Shown here piece by piece: positions 35,701-46,400 of a DNA stretch of 64,000 nt. Location: NCBI GenBank assembly GCA_905178155.1, contig CAJINV010000009.1, positions 2,395,373-2,459,372 of the forward strand, written 5' to 3'. Every line of letters starts with the position of its first letter. Within the stretch, counting starts at the first letter, position 1. Below the pieces are notes generated by a model. The model saw only the letters and a program-made list of their open reading frames with translations, was not told the origin of the DNA and did no database searches. The stretch comes from Amoebophrya sp. A120 (lineage: Eukaryota; Protista; Dinoflagellata). Both the position numbers and the translations under genes were made by a program.

Positions 35701-36916
35701 ATTTGTTGTCACAGATCAACTTTGTGACGCTAGAAGGCAAAAGATGCGGACTGTAGTGCTGCCTAGCGTGGGAAAGCCTTGCAGCTCCAGGATAACAGGA
35801 GGCAACTGAAAGTGGGAAACAGCATGACAGATTGCCTGCAATTTAGGCCGCAGCTTCGTCTCTTGGACTTCTAGCAATACAAGTCGATTTGTGTACTCAA
35901 ATACAGCATCACAAATTCGCGCATCTTCCGTTTCCGATATGGGGTGGGGGCTTTTTTCACTTTGATATCCGGTCGGCAAAATTTTCTCTCTTCTCAGTGG
36001 CATCTCCGACCGCTTCCAAGTCTTGTAGCTTTTCCCCCCCAGAGACGGTAACCACTTGATCAGTGAAATTGCTCCAGACTGCTTGCATTTTGGTCAGCAG
36101 CTCCCTACGTTTCTGTTCCGTGAACGCCTCCCCCCGCGACCGCAGCAACCGCCGGGCCTTGTTGCCCCACCAGAGCCAGGCGATCGCGGATCGCATAGAG
36201 CGCACACTTTTGACAATATTCGTGTCTCCCCAAGTAGGTGCCGTCGCAATGTCCTTCAGGGTGTCCACAGCCACCTTGCCAGCAACAGTTCCCAAGACGA
36301 TCTTCCCAATGATCGTCCAGGCGGGCTTTTGTTTTTTTTGCAATTGCAGCATCGACATCAGCTGTTGCTGGTGGTGGTGGTGCTGCTGCTCCATCTTCTG
36401 GGTCGACGTCGTGGTTGTCTTCTCTTTCATTTTCTTCGTCCGTCGTGAAAATTTTTGGAGGAAAGCGTAGTGCACTTCGCTCGTCCGAATAGCACCAAGC
36501 TGGTCCTCTACTTCGTGGCTTCCAGTTCTTCTCTCGTCGAAAGAGCTCAGGGAGGTAATGTCGGTTGTAGTACCAAAAATGTTGACGTCTGTTGTACTAT
36601 TCTGGAGGTCCAGCGGTACAACAGGACCGTGAGTACGCTGGCGATCCTCAAGATGATGAGGAAGTCGTTGTGAAGATTTATGATATAGGACGAGTTCCTG
36701 TTCCCCTTGTTCTCCTTCTTCTTCCAATTCAACATCAACTTGCCGCTGGCCCTCGTGCTGCATTAAAAACACCATGCCACACGTTTCTCTCGTCGAGAGG
36801 AAAAACGCGGCCAGGGGAACAGAAGCGAGAGAGATCATCCTCCTTGTCCTTGAGGGGCTTGTTCCGAAGTTGTAGGCGTCGTTCATCTTCAGGTCGTCGT
36901 TTTTGGTGCTCTTCAT
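29780..36916 (-). CDS. Hypothetical protein with a C-terminal hydrophobic segment, split by 16 introner introns
   Basis: In-frame joins at the junctions checked (FADR|MKT, VLTT|LPG, VDTT|GAE, LYTI|LGLFQVLLPVGIGLVFLGLCVYST*); start tentative. Confidence 0.7.
29859..30359. mobile_element. Introner family J containing a nested family H introner
   Basis: TAT...ATA, TSD gaatc/aaatc. Confidence 0.85.
29879..30120. mobile_element. Introner family H nested inside the TIR of the J element
   Basis: TAT...ATA, TSD cccgt. Confidence 0.9.
30683..30843. mobile_element. Introner family C
   Basis: TAT...ATA, TSD ctgtg. Confidence 0.9.
30887..31105. mobile_element. Introner family G
   Basis: TAT...ATA, TSD gtggt/gtagt. 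Confidence 0.85.
31196..31346. mobile_element. Introner family E
   Basis: TAT...ATA, TSD gcaag. Confidence 0.9.
31512..31843. mobile_element. Introner family D
   Basis: TAT...ATA, TSD ggttt; body resembles 19518-19841 in reverse orientation. Confidence 0.9.
32131..32292. mobile_element. Introner family C
   Basis: TAT...ATA, TSD tcctt/tgctt. Confidence 0.85.
32335..32613. mobile_element. Introner family B
   Basis: TAT...ATA, TSD atgaa. Confidence 0.9.
32741..32997. mobile_element. Introner family A
   Basis: TAT...ATA, TSD gtacg; very similar to 47754-48011. Confidence 0.9.
33159..33302. mobile_element. Introner family C
   Basis: TAT...ATA, TSD gtctt. Confidence 0.9.
33659..33929. mobile_element. 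Introner family A (variant left end CAT)
   Basis: CAT...ATA, TSD gaggg. Confidence 0.85.
34057..34307. mobile_element. Introner family A
   Basis: TAT...ATA, TSD cacga. Confidence 0.9.
34374..34641. mobile_element. Introner family A
   Basis: TAT...ATA, TSD gtcgg. Confidence 0.9.
34695..34981. mobile_element. Introner family B
   Basis: TAT...ATA, TSD gtggt. Confidence 0.9.
35043..35200. mobile_element. Introner family C
   Basis: TAT...ATA, TSD aggat. Confidence 0.9.
35339..35591. mobile_element. Introner family A
   Basis: TAT...ATA, TSD caagt. Confidence 0.9.
35647..35967. mobile_element. Introner family I
   Basis: TAT...ATA, TSD tccga/tccgg. Confidence 0.85.
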
Positions 36917-37807
36917 TTGCTTTTCTTGCAGAAGAAAATAAATGCAGGTAAATAAAGGTAACTTAAATTTTTTCTTCAATCTACTGTATTGACTTCTTGA
37001 AAGATTGTTGAAGAGTAGAACTCCATTCAATCGCTTGATGAAAAATACATACGTGCAGTAACCAACACTAAGTGCTTCCTACTTGTACTTGAAAGTGTTA
37101 TTTTTCTTGGGATAAAGTAGAAAACTGCGCCGATCTCTACTCTGTGCCGGAATTATAGTCGAGTGGAGGTAGTAGTGGAAAAAGTAGAGCACAGAGTCCC
37201 CTTCACGGCGGCGGGTCACTAGGCTCTAAAAATCTTCAAGACCGACAACAATCATCTCTAGTTTTTTAGCGCCGCAAACTGCGAGTTTATGACCGAGAGT
37301 TTTAATAGTTCTGGCAGAGGAAAATAAAGCAGCAGGACAGATAAGCAGGACGGCTGCTTCTTCGATAAGTACACACGGCGGAGTCGCACCAGCAGCTACT
37401 GCGCCTTCAACCGACGCACTTCTTCGAAAGCGCAGAATCACAGAGAAGCAGAGCAGTAGTGGACATCATCAGACCACTAGGCCAAGAAACCGAGCTATTT
37501 CAACATCAACCGCACGTCACGTGCGATCTTGGGAAAGGCATTATCTATTATCCGATGTAAAATTGGATACAGAATGCTTATTGTCATCTTCCACTGCACC
37601 GATGAATATTCAGCTGCAACGTCGTGGTCGTATGAACCGAGTTCCTCGCCTGAGTGTCAAAAAAGAAGCACCTCCCATCTTGACCACGAGCGCAAAGACC
37701 GACCGGGCGCGGGCACTGTATTACATGCAAGTGCATCCTGATACTCATTTGAATGCTAACTTGGTAGGTGGAAGAGCCAACTTCAACTGGCTTTTGTTGT
37801 TGGTCGA

Positions 37808-37889
37808 AGATGTGGAACATCAAGAGCAGTCCAAGCTTTTGAGCGGATGAAGATTCATTGCTTTACTTTCGCCATTCTGCTGAAGATCT
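37808..37889. repeat. ~85-bp dispersed duplicate, copy 1
   Basis: agatgtggaa..aagagcagtcca.gcttttgagc..atgaagattcattgctttactttcgccatt..ctgctgaagatct recurs at 39845-39928. Confidence 0.85.
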
Positions 37890-38276
37890 ATTAAAGTTGT
37901 AAAAGTAAATGGGTATCCGTACTATGGCCAAAAAGTAATACGACTCAAATGAGAGCTATCGCTTTGCATGCCCAAAATCAATAAAGGCGCAGTCCCTGCT
38001 CCCGCATATGGAGCTGGAGGACTGTCTCGACATCATAAAGTTCAGGCTTATCTGTCATCTGGAGAAGTGATGAAATTGAAACAAGAGAGCACATCATACA
38101 TCTATTTTCACACATCACACCACTCCTGCAAGCTCTTCAATACTTTTGTCTAAAGAGCAGAGACGCCGATGTTGTACGTTTTTTCGCGTTTTGTGGTTCG
38201 TTATCCGCGGCTGGATGCGTAAAGTTCGTTGTGCTTGATGTCCCCAAGTAAGTATCTCATTTTTCCAGTGCAGAGG

Positions 38277-39571
38277 CTAGTACTCGAGGTCCTCCTGTGC
38301 TGGTGCAAGTTGGCGGCACCAAGGAACCCAAATGTCGTTGATGTCGCGAAAATTGGCGGGAGTAAGGTTTTCGCACATATCTTTCTTCATCTGATCTACT
38401 ATGGAAGTACTACACAGACTGTCGGAGAAAAGGCTGTTCGCTGTGTTCACAATATCAAACAAAAAACTGTCAAACGTTAACGGTTTTCATAGATTGCAAA
38501 TATGCATGACAAATTCTTAGCATGCATGCTACGCATGACAAACACAAGTTTTGGCTTTTGTGGTGCATTACTGCATCACAAATTTCGTTAACGTTAACAC
38601 TTTTTCCTGTGATACAAAATCGGTAGCTTTGCGCGAGAAGATGATGCGCCGTCGTTACTGGTAGTAGCTGTCGTGGTTTTATTACTTTGTAGCGGGTAGT
38701 TCACATCGTCCTGTTTTTTGCTGATCTTGCACGCCGCCAGCTCCTCGTGGTCCTCTTCTTGTTCTTTCTTCGGAGATGTTGCAAGGAACCCTTCCGAGAA
38801 GGCGGAGCCGTTGGATGACGAAGATTTCTTCGCTGAACTATACAAGGACATTCTCTTCATCCCTTCGTCCAATTGGTCAAGCTGCCGCAAATAGTCCTCG
38901 TCCATCAGCAGGCGATGGTCGTCGATGATGTCTTGAGAAACCAGGCGGCGCATGGTTCCGGAGCAGGTGCTAAAAGCCCCCGACTGCTCACTGTCGCTCG
39001 GAGAAAACTGTCGCCACAAATGATCCGCGAACCTGTCAAGAACAACCTCCGGTGCTGGGTGTTGTTGATCTTCACTGTGCTGCTGCTGCTGCGCCGGTCC
39101 TCGTGGTTGAAGCATCTGATCTCGCTCGTTGACGTTGGTCGTCCCGGCTAGTGGGCGCAACAAGAACGGGGCGTCGGGGCCCTGTGGTCCTCCTCGGTGC
39201 ACAACATCAGAGCCGCCTGGCAGGTCGCCCGGAATAAATGCATTGTCGACCGGATGCGACAGCGGCGCTAGCTTCGCGTCCGGAGAATACCAGTCGCGGG
39301 CCGGCAGGAGTCGTGGCGCCAGCTTCGCGTCCGGAGAATACCAATCGGCCGGCAACGGGGCCATTTTCCCGTCCGGAGAGAAGTCGTGGGCAAAGACCGG
39401 CTCGTGGCCCTCTGCGTCCGCATGAGCTGCTGCATCCGGGTCGTCGAACGGGGCCGGCGGCGCCAGCTGTGCATCCCCCGGGGCGATGAATCCACGCGAC
39501 GTCAAACGCACCGCTCCGGCTTGCGCAACAGAAGTGGCTGCAAGAGAGGTAGAGAGGCAGCGAAGCAACAT
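38277..39571 (-). CDS. Hypothetical protein with a probable signal peptide and a short internal repeat (WYSPDAKLAP); 2 exons
   Basis: ORF 39571-38615 joins 38447-38277 in frame after introner removal (KLPI(L/V)NTANSL...EDLEY*). Confidence 0.75.
38453..38614. mobile_element. Introner family L (TIR AAAAA.TGT.AACGTTAACG)
   Basis: TAT...ATA, TSD cacaa/caaaa; reverse-orientation relative of 47511-47686. Confidence 0.85.
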
Positions 39572-39844
39572 CGTCGGAAATGGTTTTTAGCTTCAGGACC
39601 AGATGAACCAAGTTTAGGTATTAATCGAGAACAAATTGGTACAAATATGTTTGAGGTAAAACCACTCAAAAGAGTAAACGAAATGTAAACGAAAACGATA
39701 AGGATAACGATAACGAACGTGAAAATATTAGAATATAGAAATACGATCAGTGTACTTACATGAGGAATATCAAAATCTATATCACTGGTACAGAGGACCA
39801 CGCCTGGCGTCCTTCTTACGATGCCTGGCTTTGTTGTTGTTCGG

Positions 39845-39928
39845 AGATGTGGAAGAAGAGCAGTCCAGCTTTTGAGCACCACATGAAGATTCATTGCTTT
39901 ACTTTCGCCATTCATCTGCTGAAGATCT
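39845..39928. repeat. ~85-bp dispersed duplicate, copy 2
   Basis: Matches 37808-37889. Confidence 0.85.
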
Positions 39929-40404
39929 TTATCTGATTCATTTCGAATTCGAATTGGAAGACTTCATTGCTTTGCACCAGCGGAGCGGCTGCGTGAAAGG
40001 TGTAGGTAAGCTCTTTCGTTTCGAATTTTTTCCGCATGCTCTGGGATAGGTTTCATCTTTGCATCTTCCCCGGCAGTAGTAGATCTTTGTGCAAGAATAG
40101 ATTCCACGTGCTCCATTCCTAACGGTTGATATTAGATTCCACTTATGCTCATATCAGAATCCAAGGAATAGTTCAAAGCTCAGCTGTCTATATTCTGTTT
40201 CACCTCCGCATCTTTAGTGCGATAGACAAAGCATCAAAGACAGGCTTTTGACCAATTAAATGTACAACAAAAACAAGGAGCCTACACTACTGCTAGTTCG
40301 TGTGAAAATTACAAACATCGGTGAGGATTTCTAAGTTACGTGGATCTCTAGTACAATCGCTTCAATATTATTTCTCTCCTAGTACAACAACCGGCGCATG
40401 CAGG

Positions 40405-43400
40405 CTACAGTATCCGCCTACTAGTAGCCATGGTCGACGCAGCTGCATCGACTGATGCGTACATTTTCCCCAGCCCGCTTCCGCCCTCGACGTCGACGGT
40501 TTGCGTACTCCGCCCGGGCGAAAAGGTCAGCACCGAGCAATCCGGACCGACCCAGTACATGTCGCAGACACACTATCCCACGAAAAAAGTGTTACAGTTA
40601 CATATTTGTTTTTGTAGTGAATTCAGCAACACAAATTTCTCTGCATGAGAGAGAAAACTTGTAATGCAGAAATCCTAGGGGAAAACACGTATGAAACGAG
40701 GCTCCTATGCATATCCGGCATGACAGAGCTTGTCTGTCTTGCTTGGCCTGCAACACAATGTGTAACTGTATTAACACTTTTTTCTTGTGATACACACTCC
40801 CCGTCGACGCACACCCCGTTGCCGGAGCACTTGTTCAGACACAATTTCCGCTCGCAGTAGCTCCCCTCGTAGCCCTGCACGCAGATGCACTGCTCGGCCG
40901 GAAACTCATTCCAGCAGGTTCCCCGGTGCTCTGTCGGGGTGGAGCTGCAATTTTTGAAGCACGCCGCCAGACTGCAGTCCTCGCCCGTCCATCCCGTGTC
41001 ACACTCGCGTCTAACAGTGCACAACTCCCCCTTCTGCCCCTCATTTGTAATTGTGCACGAACGAGTCAACACAAGCAACGACAGAAATGGGCCTGCGCCC
41101 ACAACATAACGAAGAAATCTTCTACACATGGAATGTAGCACTATTTCAGGTTATTTCGAAATTTGTGATGCGAACAGTGCTTGTTCAACGCAAGTGGCAA
41201 ACGTGTACGTGGAATTGGTATTTTGCATTACCACAAACGAGGGGGAGGGGAACAAGTTGTCCACTTTCATATCGCACCTTCGTACTACCGTGTCCTTCAA
41301 TGCTGCCGCACCTCCAAGCGCGTAGGCGTTTTTGATGCCTGCGGGTATGTTGGGGTGCGAGACCCCATAGCGAACGTCGTCCGTGACGCACTGACCCCGC
41401 CCGGAACACTCAATGCAGTGATATTCCATCGAGTTCGGATCCGTGTAGCAGGGCGATCCGGGGCACATCGGTAAGGAGCAGTCCGGCCCCGTCCACCCAT
41501 TTTCGCAGACGCAGTGGGAAAACTCGCAAACGTATTACAACGAAAAATGCCCCCACCCCATAGTCAAAATGGGGAATCGGCTAGACAAATCCACAAGCTT
41601 TGGCTGTTTTGCATCACAAATTTGGACTCGTAGTGTAGTGCTGTTTATTGAGGTAGTTCAGAAGCATCACAGATCTGGTATATCATGCTGATTGGAGCAT
41701 GGCAAATTCCAAATCACGACTAGAAAATGCTTCTCATTGGGCTCCGCATGAGAAACATTTTCAGCATGCAGAGTTGCATTACAACTATGGGGTGGGGACG
41801 ATTTTCAATACGATAAAACGCCCTTCCCCGTGCAGTTGTTGGGGCACTGGTCCGGGCGGAGCCGTATGCATTGCAAAAGTATCGCAATCGTACTAGTCTA
41901 AATTGCATTACAAATTTGCTCAGCATGAAAACTGGAATTTGTCATGCTGCTTTACCTTAAGGCCAAGACTTGTCATGCATGATTGCAATTAGTACAAATA
42001 CGATACTTTTGCAGTTCATAAGCCGCCACATGCCCAGGTGCATGGTGGGACGAAAGACGGGGATAAACTCGTCTACGTCGCTATGGAAGCGTCAGGTTTG
42101 AAATCGTCAAAGTTGAAATAATCTGTAATGCATAAAATGCATGACCCGAGGCGCGTGTGTTGCAGACAAGGCAAGTGAGGCCGATTGTAAGCCTGTTTGG
42201 GGTTACAGCTCGAGCTGCTAAAGTAGCATCAGAAAATCGCTCTTCTTTGCCTAAACAGCATGACAAACTGGATTTAGGGACCGCCGAAATTTGTCATGCG
42301 CCACTTGGAAACTGGGTTCCAGCTGGCATCCATTTTATGCATGGCAAATTATTTCAACTTTGTCGATTTCAACTCTGACACATCCATAGTCGCAGATCCC
42401 CTTGCACAGAAACCGCATCGCGGTTAAGTTCAGAAAACCCCCCTCGACAATCGCGGCCGGGCCCTCGCGGACGATCAAATCGTATTCCCGCGTAACCCCT
42501 ATCCTGATTAAAAACGTCCCCACACCAGAGCCAAGATGGGAAATCTGCTAGACAAATCGACCAGCTTTGGCTGTTTGGCATGACAAATTTGTCCTCGTAG
42601 TGTGATCCTCGATTCAGCTAGTTCACATATCTGCATCACAGATCTATCATAGCATGCTGATGGTGGCATCACAAATTCCATAACACGAATGGAAAATGCT
42701 TCTCATAGGGCTCCGCATGAGAAACTTTTTTGGCATGCAGAATTGCATGACAACTCTGGGGTGGGGACGTTTTTAGACAGGATAACCACCTCCTTGTCCT
42801 CATCGATCGCTTCGGCCACAATTTTCTCTTTCGACAACCCGTTCTCATCCGCTATGACCAGGTTCCTGCAACCGTTCTCGAAAGTAAACTGCCCCGGGAC
42901 ATCGCAGATCGGCGGATTCACGTCTGTCCGACAGCCGTTCGCCGCGGTAAATTGGCCGTCCTGGTCACAGATTGCCGGATTTTTGTTGGGTTTTTTGTTC
43001 CACAACTGGTCTTCCAAGTCACTCCCGGGCTCCGGAAAGTTGTTCGCCAGGGGGCAACACAAGCCCCGCAACGCGCAGTTTCGCTTGATGGACCGCAGTA
43101 AATCGGTCGTCAAAGGGTTCTTCGGGTCTCCCTCCAGGATAAACAAATCCGTGATGTTTGGGTACTGCAGTTTCGTTTCCGGGTCGTGAAACGTCGTGGG
43201 CAAGTCTTTCGCGGATTTGAAACAGCGTCGATCTCGATCTCGTCGCGTGTCCGTCACGTTCAAATCCGTTTTCACCCAGCTGTATTAGAGTGCACAACTC
43301 CCCCGCCCCCTCGTTTGTCATGCAAAATGCCAAATCCGCGCCTTGCTCTTTGGCACCAAATGCATGACAAGTTCTCGATGCCAAAACCGCACTACAGTCC

Positions 43401-46400
43401 GTACGTGGATTTGTGATGCGACAGCCACATATGTGCCATTGCTTGTGATGCCGGTTATGCTATACAAATGAGAGGGAGGGGGAGTTGGGCAGTCTCATAA
43501 GCTGATGCCGCCGAACACCAGCATTTCGTTCGTGTGGTTATCCCAAACCGCAGAATGGTACGCCATCTTCGCCGGACGTATTCCCTCGAACGTGTTGTCT
43601 AGGCGTTGCCACTTCCGATCGCGGGGGTCTCTCTCCACATCGTACGTCCACAGATCCTATCAAATGCAAATATGTCTGGGTCTGGAAGGATGCAAAGTTT
43701 GTTATGCACATTCTGCATGGTTCCTGACGTCTCGTCTGTGATGCATGCCCTAGCATCACAGACTTTGTGAGGGCTTTCTGATGCCTATACCGCATGAGGA
43801 ATGCCCTCTCGCCGTGGCAAAAATCGGACCTCTTTATTTTCTGTTCATGCAATACTGATTTTTGTAGTATGCAAATGCAGCATCACAAGTTGCAATCTTC
43901 CAGACCCCGACATTTTTGCATTTGATAGATCCCCCAGCGGCTCGTCCTGTAACTGCCCGCCGAAAATATCCAATGCAAAAGTATCGCACTCGTAGTATTA
44001 ATTGCAATCATGCATTACAAATCTCCATACCAAGGTAAAACAGCATGACAAATTCCATTTGTCATGCAAAGGCAATTTGTAATGCAATTGCTATCTATTA
44101 TATTCATGCGAAAAAAGAGGTCTACAGAGGGTCGAAGAGAGGTGGCCGAGAGGTAAAAAAGAGGTCGACAGAGGTCAAAAAGAGGTCGACAGAGGTGGAG
44201 AGGTGGCGCGGGAGGTCATTCGAGAGGGTGGCCGAGAGGGTGCGCGAGTATAGCCCGCCGAAGGACTCGCCCTAAAGCCGCGCCTATGGGGCCCGGAGGT
44301 GGCCGAGAGGGTCCCGAGAGGGTAAGCGAGAGGGGGACAGAGGTGCCGAGAGGTTGCGCGAATAAGGGCGAACCTCCCGCGCACCCTCTGGGCCACCTCT
44401 CGGCCACCTCTGTAGACCTCTACCGGCGAGTATAGCCGGATTATTAGCAACACCTCTCGGGAGAGGTGAAAGAGAGGGTCTGCGAGAGGGGTAAAAGAAG
44501 CCGAATCCGCCCGGCACAGGGTCGATTCTTTTGGGGCTTTTTCATGCGTCGGCCCGCACCCTCTCGCGCCACCCTCTCGCGCCACCCTCTCGCGCACCCT
44601 CTCGCGCACCCTCTCGCGCACCCTCTCGCGCCACCCTCTCGCGCCACCCTCTCGCGCCACCCTCTCGCGCCATCCTCTCGCGCCACCCCCGCGCCCACAG
44701 CTTCCGCCAGGGAATCAGATGGGCGGGCGCGGGAGAGTGATCAACAAAGCAAGGGCAGCGCGGTCCCCGTTCTGCTTCGGCACCTACGTCGCGGCGGCTT
44801 CTCTTCGCCCCCAAGCTTCGCTGCAGTTGCTCCCTGCGCATAGCGCCTAAAGGCGCGGGAAGCGCGCAGGGGCCCCTGCGGGTTGACATGGCGCAAGCCG
44901 GCGGCAGTACTTCCCTCGGCCTGTCACGCTGCCCCCAAAGCTCTTATGTCGCGGTCCGATCCGCAAATAGTCACACCCCAGCACAACAGCCGTGCGCTCC
45001 GGCGTCAGCCGGAGCATGGCTGGTTACTACTAGTGCGATGCTTTTGCAATTCATAGAAAAGAATCATCTGCGAATCTTGCAGCTGCCCCGGTTCCCAGGC
45101 CACCTGGCGTCGGACCACCATGGAGTGCCCCTTCCGCGCCTTGGGCCGCTCGTAGGTGCCCTCTTTGTAGTAGTGCTTGGTCCAGAGATTCACGCCCGGG
45201 TCGTAAATCCACGTGTCGTCGTAGTAGTAGCGATTCCGCTCGAACTCCGGGTCGATCGTCTCAAACGCGTAATCGCGCCGCACCGCCGAGGCGTTCTGTT
45301 TATTGATTTATGATTTCAAATCACTGCTATGGCTTGTTCTGCATTACACAGCTAATTTGGCATCCAACTATCTGCATGAGAAATTGTTCCTCTCAAAATT
45401 TCTATATGTGCCGTACCCTTGTGTAATTCTCCCCGGTGAATTCCGGTAATGGATACAAATAGCTCCACTCCGTGCTAAAACCCGCGAACAGCATCAGCGG
45501 TGAGTTGTCCCCCCGGAAGAAGACCATCTGACTGTCCCCCCTTCCCTTCGGCGTCCTTCCCCCCTCCAGCCTTTTCTTCTTCAGAGCCCCACACGCGATT
45601 TGCTTGATCTCGCACAGTATGCATCGCAAAAATATCCTCTGGCTCTGGGTCTGGAAGGATGCAAGGTTTGTCATGCTTGTCTGGCATGACTGCAGAGTTT
45701 GTGATGCGTGTCCAAGAGTACACGCTTTTGCTTGTCATGCAAGACGCAGTTTGTCATGCGGAAAGCGCAACACTAAGCAGCGCAAATGCTTCGCGTGCTT
45801 GGCTGTGCATTACAGAGAGGTCACTATTCGCAACTCAGCATAACAAGTTTCCAGACCCAGACATATTTGCATTTGATACACAGTTGTCCGGTGACGGACG
45901 TGGGGGAGATGTTTTCGTCCACCGCGGGGTCGTACAAGCTGGCGTCGAGAATTTGCGGGTTAATTTCGTTATTGTAGTCAATGGCGAGCCTGGTGACGGA
46001 CTTTATCCCCGAAGGATCCAGATCCTCCCACATATCCGTGTACACCCGGTACCGGAACAGCGTGGTTTCCCACCGGCCAATGCCCTGCCCGCCGAACACG
46101 AACAGAAACTGGTTGTCGAAACTGGCCACCATGGAATGCCGAAACCGACCGCAGTACTCCCCTGGTGGGCAGAGTTTCGTCGCTTTGGACCGGAGGAACC
46201 ACCTGATTACATTGGATTTTTTCGCGCCCAGCTGCAGCTGTAGTCGTGTAGCTTCACAAAGCTCAAGTTGTGTAAATGGTAATATTACCACTAGCACGAC
46301 CAGTCAAAGCATTTACAGATTTGGATGAGAAATCGACGGAAAAATCTATCATACTGATTGCCCTGTTGCCACGCCCGGGCCGGAAACTGCGGGTAGTAGG

